DNA of 49,477 nucleotides, taken from Actinomycetota bacterium. Lineage in GTDB: Bacteria; Actinomycetota; Actinomycetes; Nanopelagicales; Nanopelagicaceae. The position numbers and the translations under genes are program-made. Below are positions 20,905 through 32,135 of this stretch, in pieces. Under the pieces are notes generated by a model. The model did no database searches, was not told the DNA's origin, and saw only the letters and a program-made list of their open reading frames with translations. The DNA lies in assembly GCA_041165825.1 (NCBI GenBank), contig JBEAMT010000092.1, positions 1 through 49,477 of the forward strand, read 5' to 3'. Within the stretch, counting starts at the first letter, position 1, and each line of letters begins with the position of its first letter.

Positions 20905-22308
20905 CTACGCCGGTGCGTTGAAGCGACGAGCCAATCCTTCGCAGATAACGGGAGCTAAGGAATTAACGTCACCGGCACCCAGGGTAAGGATTACATCTCC
21001 GGGCTTTGCGCTTTCAATAACCCAATCAGATGCCTCTATAAAGTTTGGAATAAAGCGACCTCTCGTCATTGCCTTAGCAATTAGCGATGCGCTAACTCCT
21101 GAAATTGGTTTTTCCGATGCGGCATATATCTCAAGGAGAATTACTTCATCAGCGATATCCAAGGCGGTAGCAAACTCATCCATGAAGGCTTGGGTGCGCG
21201 AATAACGATGCGGTTGAAAGATAACTAATACTCTGCCATCTCCGGCATATCTCTTTGCGGCATTTAAAGTTACGGTGATCTCAGTTGGGTGGTGTCCATA
21301 GTCATCGACTACACGAATTCCATGAACAGTTCCCTTTAACTCAAAGCGGCGACCTGCCCCATGGAAACTTGCTAAGCCAGCGAGAAGTTCCGCGGCGGGC
21401 GCTCCTAGAGCCAAACCCATAGCTAAAGCTGCGGCAGCATTAAGAAGATTGTGCGAGCCTGGAACCTGTAACGAAAGTGTTCCAATCAAGCGTCCTTTCC
21501 AAAGCGCTCGGGCGGTTGATCCCATCGCCAAAAGATTAATTGAATCAATAAATAGATCGCTGTCTTTAGTTGTTCCGTAGGAGATGGCCGTTAAATCCGA
21601 CCGCAGCGCGGCGCTAGCTCCTAGGGCCGCCGAACCAGCATCGTCGGCGCAATAAACTAAAATTCCGTCCTTGCCGATAGTTGCTACAAAAGAGTTGAAG
21701 GCTTTAGTTACATCCTCGGGCTTGGCAAAAAAATCAACATGATCATGCTCAATGTTTGTAACTATCGCTGCATCTGGGTGATATTCAATAAAAGAACCAT
21801 CTGATTCATCAGCCTCCGCCACAAATAAATCACCAGTGCCTTTATGAGCATTCGATCCCGAAGAAGTCAGTGTGCCGCCAATAGCAAATGAGGGATCTAA
21901 GCCGCACGATTGTAAGGCGACAGTTAACATTGAAGAGGTTGTGGTTTTCCCATGAGTTCCGGCAACTGCAATGCTGCGATCTTGAGACATTAAAGTTGCC
22001 AACGCCTGTGCTCGAGTTAAGACTGGAATCTTTAACTCCTTAGCGCGCACTATTTCAACATTGTTTTCGGATATCGCGCTTGAGTAAATAATGAAATCTG
22101 CGCCATCTACCTGAGATGCCCTATGTGCTGGCCAAACCTGTGCACCAAGTGCCTGGAGAGCACTCAATACTGTGGAATCTTTTGCATCAGAACCGCTAAC
22201 TGTTATCCCATGGGAGAGGGCGATACGTGCCAACCCACTCATTCCCGCGCCACCGATGCCAATTAAATGCAGACGCTTGCCTCTCCATTGCGAAATATCA
22301 GTCGCCAT
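20905..22308 (-). CDS. murC: UDP-N-acetylmuramate-L-alanine ligase
   Basis: GIGGAGMS, GTHGKTTT, EADESDGS, DDYGHHP, FQPHRYSRT. Confidence 0.97.
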   Translation of the reverse strand: MATDISQWRGKRLHLIGIGGAGMSGLARIALSHGITVSGSDAKDSTVLSALQALGAQVWPAHRASQVDGADFIIYSSAISENNVEIVRAKELKIPVLTRAQALATLMSQDRSIAVAGTHGKTTTSSMLTVALQSCGLDPSFAIGGTLTSSGSNAHKGTGDLFVAEADESDGSFIEYHPDAAIVTNIEHDHVDFFAKPEDVTKAFNSFVATIGKDGILVYCADDAGSAALGASAALRSDLTAISYGTTKDSDLFIDSINLLAMGSTARALWKGRLIGTLSLQVPGSHNLLNAAAALAMGLALGAPAAELLAGLASFHGAGRRFELKGTVHGIRVVDDYGHHPTEITVTLNAAKRYAGDGRVLVIFQPHRYSRTQAFMDEFATALDIADEVILLEIYAASEKPISGVSASLIAKAMTRGRFIPNFIEASDWVIESAKPGDVILTLGAGDVNSLAPVICEGLARRFNAPA

Positions 22309-23390
22309 TAATTCGCCGTCACTTTCAGTGCCTGCTCCATTAAGGCAGTGAGTTTTTCAGTTGCAAGTAAATCCGAATCGTTTCCTGCAAGAGTTGTCTT
22401 AGCGCTATTTTTTATTAAACGATCTAAATGCATACCAATCCATTCGGGGGTGAACTCGCTTTGACCAATAATCTCTCCCCTTGATTGCTCGGTAACCAAT
22501 CGAGCATTTACCTTCTGCTCACCATTTCCGATAGGCAGCGGAATAAAGAGCGCATATCTTCCAAGAGCATTTACCTCTGAACAAGTTACCGCTCCACTTC
22601 GGGCGATAATCAAATCTGCAGCGAGATAAGCAGTAGCCATATCCTCGATATATGAGACGGGTTTGTAATTCGGCTGCGAATTGGGAAGTGGATTGGCTTT
22701 GCCTACAGCATGTAGCAGCTGGGCACCGTTCTGTTGGAATTTTGGCAGCGCATCTGCGATGACTTTGTTTAGAGCAACTGAACCTTGAGATCCAAAAAAT
22801 ATTGCGACAACAGGTGCGCTCTCTTTAAAGCCGAGGTTGGCTTTGGCACGACTTCGCGCCGCGCTCCAGTCTTTAGCGCTTGATTGAAGCGCTTTAGCAA
22901 CATCAGCGCGAAGTGGTAGACCAGTTATTAGTGCACTGCTTAGCTTTCCGGAAGTTACGGGCTGTGCCACCGCCAAGTACTTTGTAAAGAGTGAACCCAA
23001 TCGATTCGCTAAACCTGGCTTGGCATTTGCTTCATGTATAACTATCGGAATATTTAGTGTTCGGGCAGCCAAATAAGCTGGCCCTGAAACATAGCCTCCA
23101 AAGCCAACTAAAAGATCTGCGCCACGAAGCGCCGCTCGCGCTTCTAGAAATGATTGCGTCAATGTTGTCGGTGCCACAAAAATAGAAAGAGAGAATTTGC
23201 GGGGAATAATTACCTTAGAGATGTGCGTGAGACTAAAACCTGCACCCGGAACCAAATGATTTTCTAGTCCAGATTTTGTTCCGAGAAAAAGGATTTCGTC
23301 CATCGGGTGCTTAGCGCGCCATGAGCGGGCTAGCGCCAATGCAGGTTCGATATGACCGGCTGTTCCACCACCTGCAAGAACGATCTTCAT
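22308..23390 (-). CDS. murG: Lipid II GlcNAc transferase
   Basis: GGGTAGH, GFGGYVS, HEAN, GSQG, RSGA, GEQ..NA. Confidence 0.97.
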   Translation of the reverse strand: MKIVLAGGGTAGHIEPALALARSWRAKHPMDEILFLGTKSGLENHLVPGAGFSLTHISKVIIPRKFSLSIFVAPTTLTQSFLEARAALRGADLLVGFGGYVSGPAYLAARTLNIPIVIHEANAKPGLANRLGSLFTKYLAVAQPVTSGKLSSALITGLPLRADVAKALQSSAKDWSAARSRAKANLGFKESAPVVAIFFGSQGSVALNKVIADALPKFQQNGAQLLHAVGKANPLPNSQPNYKPVSYIEDMATAYLAADLIIARSGAVTCSEVNALGRYALFIPLPIGNGEQKVNARLVTEQSRGEIIGQSEFTPEWIGMHLDRLIKNSAKTTLAGNDSDLLATEKLTALMEQALKVTAN

Positions 23391-24562
23391 GATGTCCTTA
23401 ATCTACGCCGTTCTAAGGCCTTCTGGAGTTCATTGGAAACCTCAGGATCGCGTAATGCGCTTCCAAATACATAACCCAGACCCAAATAAAGCGAGATCAA
23501 AGCAGAACCGCCGTACGAAACAAAGGGAAGAGTTACGCCAACAACTGGAATAACACTAGTTGCAGAACCAACATTTAACACAGTTTGCACTGCAATCCAG
23601 CATCCAATGCCGGCTCCAACATAGCGAGACATAGGATCCTTGCAACGAAGTGAGATTTTAAAGATTGCGAAAATTAGCGCTGCAAGTAACACCAAAACCG
23701 CGAGTGTTCCGAGCAGGCCAAGTTCTTCGCCAATCACTGCAAAAATAAAATCTGTGTGCGCTTCAGCTAAGTTGCCCCACTTTTGGCGGCTACCGCCTAA
23801 ACCAACTCCGAAGATTCCTCCGGTTGCCAATCCGAGCAAGCTATGGGCCGGTTGCCATCCCGCATTTTTATAGTCTTCGGCTGCAAATGGATCTAGCACC
23901 ACCAGGAATCTATCCAAGCGATATCCGGCAGTTGCAATCAAAACTGCTAGAGCAATTGAACCTACCGCTGCTATTGATCCGAGCAGACGAAGTTCAACTC
24001 CTGATACAAAAAGTAATCCACCTAGAATTGCCGCAATAACGCAGGCTGTTCCAAGATCGTTTCCGAGCAAAATAAGGAAAATTACCACCATAAATCCTGG
24101 GGCTATTAGCGCAAAAACATTAGTCCGCGTCTTACCTGACTTCTCTTGATTTGCCAGCATGTAACCTGCCCAGAGAATCAAAAGGAACTTGGAAATTTCA
24201 CTAGGTTGAACATCCACAAATGGAAGCGCAATCCAGTTGGTATTTCCATTGACAGTCTTTCCAACTCCTGGAATCTGAAGAATCAAAAGTACGATGACCG
24301 AAATGAGCAAACCTAAACGTGCCAGCAATCTCCATTGCGCAAGAGACCTTTGGGAGAGATAAATTGCCAAAGGAATTGAGAGCGCAAAGAAAATCCCTTG
24401 TCGCAAAACTATGGCAACCGCATTGCCTTTTGTATCGAGTGAGTGAATTGAGGATGCCGAAAAGACCATAACTAGACCGATTACCGAAAGGGCTAGCGAA
24501 CTTCCCGCCAAGATGTAAAAGTTGTTTATTGGTTTGGACAAGAACCTGGCAGGAGAGCTCAT
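23387..24562 (-). CDS. ftsW: SEDS peptidoglycan polymerase FtsW
   Basis: MVFSAS, QPSE, GVGLGGSRQK, EAHTDFIF, PFVSYGGS. Confidence 0.96.
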   Translation of the reverse strand: MSSPARFLSKPINNFYILAGSSLALSVIGLVMVFSASSIHSLDTKGNAVAIVLRQGIFFALSIPLAIYLSQRSLAQWRLLARLGLLISVIVLLILQIPGVGKTVNGNTNWIALPFVDVQPSEISKFLLILWAGYMLANQEKSGKTRTNVFALIAPGFMVVIFLILLGNDLGTACVIAAILGGLLFVSGVELRLLGSIAAVGSIALAVLIATAGYRLDRFLVVLDPFAAEDYKNAGWQPAHSLLGLATGGIFGVGLGGSRQKWGNLAEAHTDFIFAVIGEELGLLGTLAVLVLLAALIFAIFKISLRCKDPMSRYVGAGIGCWIAVQTVLNVGSATSVIPVVGVTLPFVSYGGSALISLYLGLGYVFGSALRDPEVSNELQKALERRRLRTS

Positions 24563-25953
24563 TTGACTACCTTCTTTACAGCTGCAGCAAACCTATCTCC
24601 GCGATCGGAGTAGGAGATGAATTGATCCATTGACGCGCAGGCCGGAGCTAATAAGACCCGATCCCCTGGTTTAGCGCGTTCTGCTGCCGCACGGACGACG
24701 GCCTCCATAAGAGAATTATCGTTTCCACCTCTTTGATAAGTAGCCGGGGCATCGATCAAGACGATTTCAATCTCTGGCGCTTGGGTACGTAACTCTTGAG
24801 CAATTAAATCGCGATCGCTGCCAATAAGAATGGCAACCTTGATTCTGGATTTACATTTAGCAATTAGCTCATACATCTGTGCGCCCTTTGCTAATCCACC
24901 AGCGATCCAGATCGAAGATAGTGAAGAATTTAGAGATGCCGCTGTCGCATGGGGATTTGTTGCCTTTGAATCATTTACCCATGAGATGCCATTTATATTG
25001 GCAACCTCCTCGATGCGATGTCTGCCCAAGGAGAATTTTTGAAGAGCGCTTCTGATTGCCTCTGGCGAAATTCCAAGTGCGCGAGCCAAGCCAGCAGCAG
25101 CTAGGGCATTGGCAACATTGTGCGGAACGGTTGGCTTTACATCGATTACCTCGGCGAGCATTGCCGCCTCTTGCGGGTCACTAACAAAAGCGCGATCTAC
25201 CAACAAATCTTCGACGACGCCGATCTCGCCAGGTGCTGGAGTATCAAGTGAGAAGAAAACTTTCCGTCCCCGCCAATGTGCCGCCTGATTTACCACTTCT
25301 AAATCAAGGGCGTTAAGGATGCCGGTAGATGTGCGATCCAAGATGGATCCTTTAACTCTGGCGTATTCGGAAAAACTGCCATGCCAATCAACATGGTCTT
25401 CGGCAATATTCAAAATCGCCGCCGCTACAAAACTTGCTTCACGCAACCAATGCAATTGAAAGGATGAGATTTCTAGAACGAGAACTTCATACTTCTCACT
25501 ACTTTCAACGCTCTCAATTACTGTTGTACCGACATTCCCGCAGGCGATTGCCGATATTCCTCCTTCGCGCAGCATTGCAGCGGCCATTTCAACAGTTGTT
25601 GTTTTGCCATTGGTACCTGTTAACGCGACCCACTTTTGTCCGGGTACGAGTTCGGACCGAAATGACCAAGCCAGATCTATCTCATTTACTAGGCGAACAT
25701 TTGCTGCCTTTGCACTTTGGATAATTGGGTGGCTCTCTCTCCATCCCGGTGAGACCACGATAAATGAATAATCTGCAACATTTACTTGATCGGGTTTCAA
25801 AACTTCGAAGGTTTCGCCGCCTGCAACGGAAGTTATCTGATCATCAGCGAAAGTTATGGTTGCACCCTTTGATCTTAACGATCGTGCGACTGCCGAACCT
25901 GTTATTGCAGCGCCAAGAATTAAAACGCTTTCGCCCGATAAATTAATGGCCAT
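24559..25953 (-). CDS. murD: UDP-MurNAc-L-Ala-D-glutamate ligase
   Basis: GTNGKTTT, EISSFQL, NDSKATN, PACASMDQF. Confidence 0.97.
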   Translation of the reverse strand: MAINLSGESVLILGAAITGSAVARSLRSKGATITFADDQITSVAGGETFEVLKPDQVNVADYSFIVVSPGWRESHPIIQSAKAANVRLVNEIDLAWSFRSELVPGQKWVALTGTNGKTTTVEMAAAMLREGGISAIACGNVGTTVIESVESSEKYEVLVLEISSFQLHWLREASFVAAAILNIAEDHVDWHGSFSEYARVKGSILDRTSTGILNALDLEVVNQAAHWRGRKVFFSLDTPAPGEIGVVEDLLVDRAFVSDPQEAAMLAEVIDVKPTVPHNVANALAAAGLARALGISPEAIRSALQKFSLGRHRIEEVANINGISWVNDSKATNPHATAASLNSSLSSIWIAGGLAKGAQMYELIAKCKSRIKVAILIGSDRDLIAQELRTQAPEIEIVLIDAPATYQRGGNDNSLMEAVVRAAAERAKPGDRVLLAPACASMDQFISYSDRGDRFAAAVKKVVK

Positions 25954-25965
25954 CTATTCTCAGCC

Positions 25966-27024
25966 TTATGCCGTAACCCATTGTGCGTAAAAGAGCCCAA
26001 GCCCAGCAGCAACACAGAGGCCAGCGATTATCCAGAAGCGGAGCACAATCGTGACTTCACCCCAGCCCATCAATTCAAAGTGATGTTGTAGCGGTGCCAT
26101 CTTAAAGATGCGCTTACCACCAGAAATTTTGAAGTAGGCAACCTGAAGAATCACTGATGCGCTAATGATTACAAATAAACCGCCTAGCGGGATGAGAAGA
26201 AGTTCAATTCGTAAGGTTGTTGCAATTCCGGCAAGTGCACCACCTAGCGCAAGCGAACCTGTATCTCCCATAAAAATCTTTGCAGGTGAGGCGTTCCACC
26301 AGAGAAAACCCGCACATGCCCCAGCCATTGCGGCAGATAAGACAGCGATATCCAAAGGGTCGCGAACTAGGTAGCAGTTTGGTCCAGGAGAAACCGCGCA
26401 GCTCTGCCCAAACTCCCAGACGCCGATCAATATAAAGGCAATGAAAGTCATAACCGCAGCGCCTGTAGCTAAGCCATCTAAACCATCGGTGAGATTAACT
26501 CCGTTACTTGTAGCGGTAACCATAATTACGACCCAGATAATCACCAGAGTTGTTCCTAAAGTAATTGAAGTATCTCTAACTGTAGATAAGTTCTGTGAAA
26601 TAGGAGTTAGCCCATCACGATCTGGAAAGAGAGTTCCTAGGTATGCAAAGGTTGCTGCCACCACAATTTGTCCAAAAATTTTCTGCTTTGCATTTAATCC
26701 AAGTGATTTCTGGCGAGATACTTTCAGCCAATCATCTAAGAACCCAACAAAGCCTAGACCAAACATGAGACCTAGTACCAACAGCGCAGAGGTAGTGACG
26801 GCATTTCGAGAGATTACGTGGGCGATGAAATATCCAAGAGCGGATGCGAAGATGATGATGATGCCGCCCATTGTTGGTGTGCCACGCTTCGTGTGGTGAG
26901 AAGAGGGTCCATCATCGCGAATAATTTGTCCGTAGCCTCGGCGCGCCAGGATGCGAATTAATCCAGGGGTTCCGAAGAGCGATAAGAAAAGGGCGATCGC
27001 GCCTGCGATCAGAATTTCTCTCAT
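25966..27024 (-). CDS. mraY: Phospho-MurNAc-pentapeptide transferase
   Basis: [35 protein letters not shown]. Confidence 0.97.
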   Translation of the reverse strand: MREILIAGAIALFLSLFGTPGLIRILARRGYGQIIRDDGPSSHHTKRGTPTMGGIIIIFASALGYFIAHVISRNAVTTSALLVLGLMFGLGFVGFLDDWLKVSRQKSLGLNAKQKIFGQIVVAATFAYLGTLFPDRDGLTPISQNLSTVRDTSITLGTTLVIIWVVIMVTATSNGVNLTDGLDGLATGAAVMTFIAFILIGVWEFGQSCAVSPGPNCYLVRDPLDIAVLSAAMAGACAGFLWWNASPAKIFMGDTGSLALGGALAGIATTLRIELLLIPLGGLFVIISASVILQVAYFKISGGKRIFKMAPLQHHFELMGWGEVTIVLRFWIIAGLCVAAGLGLFYAQWVTA

Positions 27025-28410
27025 TTAACTCTCTCCCCCGACTTCGCGACTATTCCACCTTTGTGTAATCATTTCTGCAATTTCCTCAAACTTTTCTGCC
27101 CGAGACGCTTTTACCAGAACAACATCTCCCTGGCTCATTTGGCTAACCAGATTTGCAGCCGACTCCTTTGTATCTAGTAAATGAACAGTCGTGGCGCCAG
27201 CGTTATCCATCAGCTCCGCGTACTCTGGAGAAGCGACGCAAACGAGATGGTCAATTCCTAACTCTGAAGCAAGGGTGCCAAGTCTTGAGTGATGTTCATG
27301 TGATGACGCGCCGAGTTCATGCATCTTTCCCAAGAAAGCCCACGATTGCCCGCCACGTTCTTGTGCAAATAGCAGCAAAGTTCGTAGCGCAGCTTGCGTT
27401 GACTCTGGGCTTGCGTTGTATGAATCATTGATTAGGACAAGGCCATCTAATTCGGAAATTTCCATGCGCCATTTGCTATTGAGATCAGCAGTGGAAAGCG
27501 CGCCCGCAATAACATCAATAGAAATGTTTAACTTTGTTGCAATTGCTGCAGCTGCAAGAGCGTTTGCCACCTGATGGATACCGACAATTCTTAGGGCAAC
27601 TGAAGCTCGTCCGGCTGGAGTTACCAAATCAAAATGTGGTCGGCCTTCGCGAATTTCAATATCTGTAGCTCGAACATCAGCTCCAGTTGTTTCGCCAAAT
27701 GTCACGGTCTCACCTTTATGCAGGGAGGACATCGCCGGGGTGAATCTGTCATATTGACCAAGTACCGCAATTGCAGAATCAGATAGTGATGAGATCATCT
27801 CTGATTTAGCTTTAGCGACTAATTCCTCAGAACCGAATTCGCCAACGTGCGCTGTGCCAACTCGTAGGACTACCCCGATATCTGGAGATGCCATTTTGCA
27901 TAAAGTTGCTATATCTCCAACGTGGCGTGCACCCATTTCCAAGATACAGAACTTGGTCTTTTCATCACATTGCAGCAAGGTTATTGGAGCTCCGAGTTCG
28001 TTATTGAAGTTTCCTATAGGTGCCACAGTAGGTGAAACTGTTCCAAGAATATGTTGAAGAAGATCTTTAGTGGTTGTTTTTCCTTGTGATCCGGTAAGAG
28101 CAACTACCTTCAAATCTGGCAGTGCATTACGTACAAAAGCTGCTAAAAGATTTAATGCGGCTATGACATCCTTCACGACTATGCAGCGCTCTGGTACTTC
28201 CCTTGTTACAAAGGCAAGAACCGCACCGTGAGTGAAAGCATCTGAGATGTATTTATGCCCATCGGTTTTTTCACCTACCAGCGCTAAGAAAATAGAACCC
28301 TCTGTCGCCTGTCCTGAATTGAACACCGGTGCCGCTGTTACGGTGACGTCTGTGCCAACCAACTCACCACCAACAATTTTTGCTATCTGCGAAGCTTGTA
28401 AATCAATCAT
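27025..28410 (-). CDS. murF: UDP-MurNAc-tripeptide D-Ala-D-Ala ligase
   Basis: TGSQGKTTTKD, NNELG.P, EMGA, NDSYNASP, VKASR. Confidence 0.96.
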   Translation of the reverse strand: MIDLQASQIAKIVGGELVGTDVTVTAAPVFNSGQATEGSIFLALVGEKTDGHKYISDAFTHGAVLAFVTREVPERCIVVKDVIAALNLLAAFVRNALPDLKVVALTGSQGKTTTKDLLQHILGTVSPTVAPIGNFNNELGAPITLLQCDEKTKFCILEMGARHVGDIATLCKMASPDIGVVLRVGTAHVGEFGSEELVAKAKSEMISSLSDSAIAVLGQYDRFTPAMSSLHKGETVTFGETTGADVRATDIEIREGRPHFDLVTPAGRASVALRIVGIHQVANALAAAAIATKLNISIDVIAGALSTADLNSKWRMEISELDGLVLINDSYNASPESTQAALRTLLLFAQERGGQSWAFLGKMHELGASSHEHHSRLGTLASELGIDHLVCVASPEYAELMDNAGATTVHLLDTKESAANLVSQMSQGDVVLVKASRAEKFEEIAEMITQRWNSREVGGES

Positions 28411-29900
28411 TTAACACCTGCTATCGCCTGTGCCAAAATTTTGCGATCATCCAAATCCATTTTCTTACCGTTTATTTCTTGTCCAAGTTCGTGTCCCTTA
28501 CCCAAAATCACGACAGTGTCGCCGTCACTTGCCAGCGAAACTCCATATTCGATTGCACTTTTTCGATCGACAATTACTCTGGAAGGTTCTGAGACTCTAG
28601 AATTTCCAACCATCTGCCTCAAGATTTCGTTTGGATCCTCAGAGCGCGGATTATCACTAGTAAATACTGCAATATCGCAGGCTTGAATAAGAGCCTGACC
28701 CATTAATGGACGTTTACTAGAATCGCGATCGCCACCGCAACCCAGTACTGCAATAATTTTTCCAGTAGTGAATTCACGTATGGATTCAAGAACACTTGTA
28801 ACTGCATCGGGCGTGTGTGCGTAATCAACAATAGCTGAGAAATTCTGGCCAATGTTGACTTCTTCTAGACGGCCCGCAGCCCCCGTCAACGATGGAATGA
28901 TGGCAGCAACAGCAATCGGATCGACACCAGATTCAATGGCAATCGCAACAGCCATAAGAAGGTTATCTAAGTTAAATCCACCGCGAAGCTTTGTAGAAGA
29001 CTCGATCAAGATTCCACCTGAACCGCGGATTTTAAAGTGCACCTTTCTCCCAGATGTATCAATTTCAGAAAAGTGCCACGTCGCATGAGGCTTGAGCCGT
29101 GAGAGCGAAATTACAGGGAGTTCGGTTGAGGCAGCCAACCTTGATCCATATGGGTTATCTATATTGATAACTGCCTGATCAGCAAAGTCAAAAGTAAATA
29201 ACTTGGCTTTCGCTGCAAAGTAACTCTCTAAATCTCCGTGGAAATCAAGATGGTCTTGCGACAGATTTGTAAATCCAACAAATGCAAAATGTGCACCTTG
29301 CATACGATGAAGCACCATTGCGTGACTCGAAACTTCCATCACCAGATGTCGCATATGGCGTTCGCGCATGACCGCCGATATCGCCTGTAAATCCGTCGCT
29401 TCAGGCGTGGTGCGAGTACTTTCAACTGATTCTTTACCAATGCGAGTTTCAATTGTTCCGATTAGTCCGCATTCGCGATCAGCAGCTTCAAATATTTGAT
29501 AGATCAGAGTAGAAACAGTGGTCTTGCCGTTAGTTCCCGTGATTCCGATACTTGCCAGATCTCGCATTGGCTCGTTGTAAAGCAGAGCAGAAACATTGCC
29601 TGCCACGCGACGAGGATCTTCAACAACAAGTACAGGAACTTTGGAAACTAGACCTGCACCTTTAGCATCAGTTAATACTGCAACTGCACCAGCTTTAATG
29701 GCTTGTGCGGCAAACTCTGCGCCATGGCGATTAGCACCTGGCATAGCAATAAAGAGATCGCCAGGTTCAACTAGCGAATCGTTGTGAGTTACACCTGAAA
29801 TTTCTATCTCAGAGAGTTGTTGCTCAGTTAAATCACAATGCGCAGAAACCGCACCTGCGACTTTCTGCAGATTTAAAGTGCTTGGATTAAAAGGGCGCAT
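28407..29900 (-). CDS. murE: UDP-MurNAc-dipeptide ligase (DNPR motif, DAP-type)
   Basis: GTNGKTT, TTPE, EVSSH, DYAHTPD, DNPR, GKGHE. Confidence 0.96.
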   Translation of the reverse strand: MRPFNPSTLNLQKVAGAVSAHCDLTEQQLSEIEISGVTHNDSLVEPGDLFIAMPGANRHGAEFAAQAIKAGAVAVLTDAKGAGLVSKVPVLVVEDPRRVAGNVSALLYNEPMRDLASIGITGTNGKTTVSTLIYQIFEAADRECGLIGTIETRIGKESVESTRTTPEATDLQAISAVMRERHMRHLVMEVSSHAMVLHRMQGAHFAFVGFTNLSQDHLDFHGDLESYFAAKAKLFTFDFADQAVINIDNPYGSRLAASTELPVISLSRLKPHATWHFSEIDTSGRKVHFKIRGSGGILIESSTKLRGGFNLDNLLMAVAIAIESGVDPIAVAAIIPSLTGAAGRLEEVNIGQNFSAIVDYAHTPDAVTSVLESIREFTTGKIIAVLGCGGDRDSSKRPLMGQALIQACDIAVFTSDNPRSEDPNEILRQMVGNSRVSEPSRVIVDRKSAIEYGVSLASDGDTVVILGKGHELGQEINGKKMDLDDRKILAQAIAGVK

Positions 29901-31738
29901 TATCTGCTCTTAAGACTCGCCTGTTTGGTCGCAGCAACTGAGCGACGTTCCTGCTGACGAAGTTCTGCTTGAGTTAGCGCGATTGGAAGAACTTTGGTTC
30001 CGGTTGGCGCAACATGTTCTGCTTGAAGAACAAATGTCATAACTTTCTTGAATACCGGACCACCGAGTGACCCGCCGTAGTATGCACCTTTAGGATCTTG
30101 GATTGTCACGCTTATTACATACTTAGGTGCATCCGCGGGAGCAAAGCCAATAAATGAAGCCGTATATCCGCTATAGCAACCACACTCAGTGTTGTAGCGT
30201 TCTGCAGTTCCTGTTTTACCGGCAACGCGGTAACCAGGTATTGCCGCACTTGGTGCAGTTCCGTGGCCCGATACAACTGATTCCATCATCAAACGAATTT
30301 GTTGCGCAGTCTTTGCGCTTACAACTCTTTCAGATGTTCGATCTGCAGCTGCAGTGAATTTTCCAGATGGATCACTAGTACCGGCAATCACAGTCGGCGA
30401 TACTCGCACCCCATCATTTGCGATAGTTGCAAAGATGCTAGTTGCTTGCATCGCGGTAACCGAATATCCCTGACCGAAAGCAACGGTAGGCGCTGTGGTA
30501 CCTGACCATTCGCTGACTGGATGGAAAATTCCTCTAGATTCGCCAGGTAATCCTGAACCAGTTGAAACGCCAATTCCAAATTTAGTTAGGTAATCGTGTA
30601 GCTTTTCATTAGAGAGCATTTCGCCAATTTTTATAGTGCCAGTGTTTGAAGATACCGCCAAGATTCCTGCAGTAGTTAAGCGTTGAATCGGATGGCGATC
30701 ATGGTCATGGAAAGTATCTCCCCCGCGCTTTAGCGAATATGGAACCGATAGGACAGTCTCGGGAGTTACCTTTTTCTCCTCTAGCGCTGCAGCTAGAGTC
30801 ATAACCTTTCCAGTTGAACCTGGCTCATAAACATCCTGCACCGAAGGATTTCGCATCAATGATTGAGAAACGGTCTTGGTGTTATTTGGATCAAATGTTG
30901 GAGCAGTTGCGTGAGCCAAAATATGGCCAGTCTTCGGATCCATCACGATTACAGTTCCACTAGAAGCGCGAGATTTGGAAACAGCTTCTTGAATGGCTTG
31001 CGCCGCAACCCATTGCACGTCACGGTCGATGGTTAAGCGAACTGTTGTTCCTTTCTTGGCCGCAACAATCTCATTCTGTGATCCAGGAATTTCTGCACCT
31101 AAGCCACGTGCATATGAATAACGACCATCAGTTCCAGATATCAGCGAGTTCATGCTTGATTCCAGGCCAGTCGCACCAATTCCATCTTGACGAACGAAGC
31201 CGACAAGTGAAGAAACCAATGATCCTGAAGGATATTCGCGGATGTAGTTACGTTCTGCAAAGAAACCTAAAATTCGCTTATCAAAGTTCTCTTTAGAAAG
31301 TGCGGCGTTATGGGCATCAATTGATTCGCTCAACGAACGCCAAACCGCAGGCTTTGCACTTCGGAGAACCATTGAATAACGCTTGGTACCAGAGATCGCG
31401 CTCTGCACCTGTGCAACTGTCATTCCAAGAATCGGAGCTGAAAAATTTGCAGTTGCTGGCGCATCGGTAATTAACGTTTGGTCAACGACAATATTTATCG
31501 CTGAAACGCTGCGCGCAAATGGGGTGCCATTTATATCTGTGATTTCACCGCGAGCTGCCGGTATGGCGCGCGTTGACTCCATCTCATTGGCAGCCTTTGC
31601 CCGATAATCGCTGGCTTGAATCGCCTGAATCTGAATCAAACGCGCTGCAAATAGAAGAAAAAAAATCAATATAAATACGATGAGGATGCGAATGCGAGAT
31701 GCTGCCAGATTTAAATTACCCAAGGGCCACATCTCCAT
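29900..31738 (-). CDS. ftsI: Penicillin-binding protein FtsI
   Basis: N-terminal TM, STGK (SxxK), SSN, KTG motifs. The start may be TTG at 31723. Confidence 0.95.
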   Translation of the reverse strand: MEMWPLGNLNLAASRIRILIVFILIFFLLFAARLIQIQAIQASDYRAKAANEMESTRAIPAARGEITDINGTPFARSVSAINIVVDQTLITDAPATANFSAPILGMTVAQVQSAISGTKRYSMVLRSAKPAVWRSLSESIDAHNAALSKENFDKRILGFFAERNYIREYPSGSLVSSLVGFVRQDGIGATGLESSMNSLISGTDGRYSYARGLGAEIPGSQNEIVAAKKGTTVRLTIDRDVQWVAAQAIQEAVSKSRASSGTVIVMDPKTGHILAHATAPTFDPNNTKTVSQSLMRNPSVQDVYEPGSTGKVMTLAAALEEKKVTPETVLSVPYSLKRGGDTFHDHDRHPIQRLTTAGILAVSSNTGTIKIGEMLSNEKLHDYLTKFGIGVSTGSGLPGESRGIFHPVSEWSGTTAPTVAFGQGYSVTAMQATSIFATIANDGVRVSPTVIAGTSDPSGKFTAAADRTSERVVSAKTAQQIRLMMESVVSGHGTAPSAAIPGYRVAGKTGTAERYNTECGCYSGYTASFIGFAPADAPKYVISVTIQDPKGAYYGGSLGGPVFKKVMTFVLQAEHVAPTGTKVLPIALTQAELRQQERRSVAATKQASLKSR

Positions 31739-32135
31739 TACTTAACGCCTCTGCGGTAGGAGCCAAATTTAGAAATACAGGAGATTCTGAGGGGCGCATC
31801 CCGAGTCCAGTAGCTTTCTTGGCAAGTGATTCAGGAGATGATTCACGATCAATTTGGCGGTTGATCGCCTCGCGTTGGTCTGCAACTAATTTTGCTTCCG
31901 CTTTTAGCTCTGAGAGAGTAAATGCATCTTGCGCGAGCAGAATATTTACAACAAGCAACATAAATAAACCAACTCCAGCAACCGCTGATAAGAAAATTGC
32001 AAAGAATCGATGTGTCGCTTGAGCACCTTCAGAAACATTAGGAACCAACTTAAGGAAAACTTCTGCAGACTTCTCAGATAGCTTTTGGCGAGGAGGGCGT
32101 GGACCGTGAGTTGCGATCGTCTGAGTTAGTGCCAT
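31716..32135 (-). CDS. ftsL: FtsL-like septal protein
   Basis: TM plus coiled coil, A..LGM motif, between rsmH and ftsI. Confidence 0.75.
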   Translation of the reverse strand: MALTQTIATHGPRPPRQKLSEKSAEVFLKLVPNVSEGAQATHRFFAIFLSAVAGVGLFMLLVVNILLAQDAFTLSELKAEAKLVADQREAINRQIDRESSPESLAKKATGLGMRPSESPVFLNLAPTAEALSNGDVALG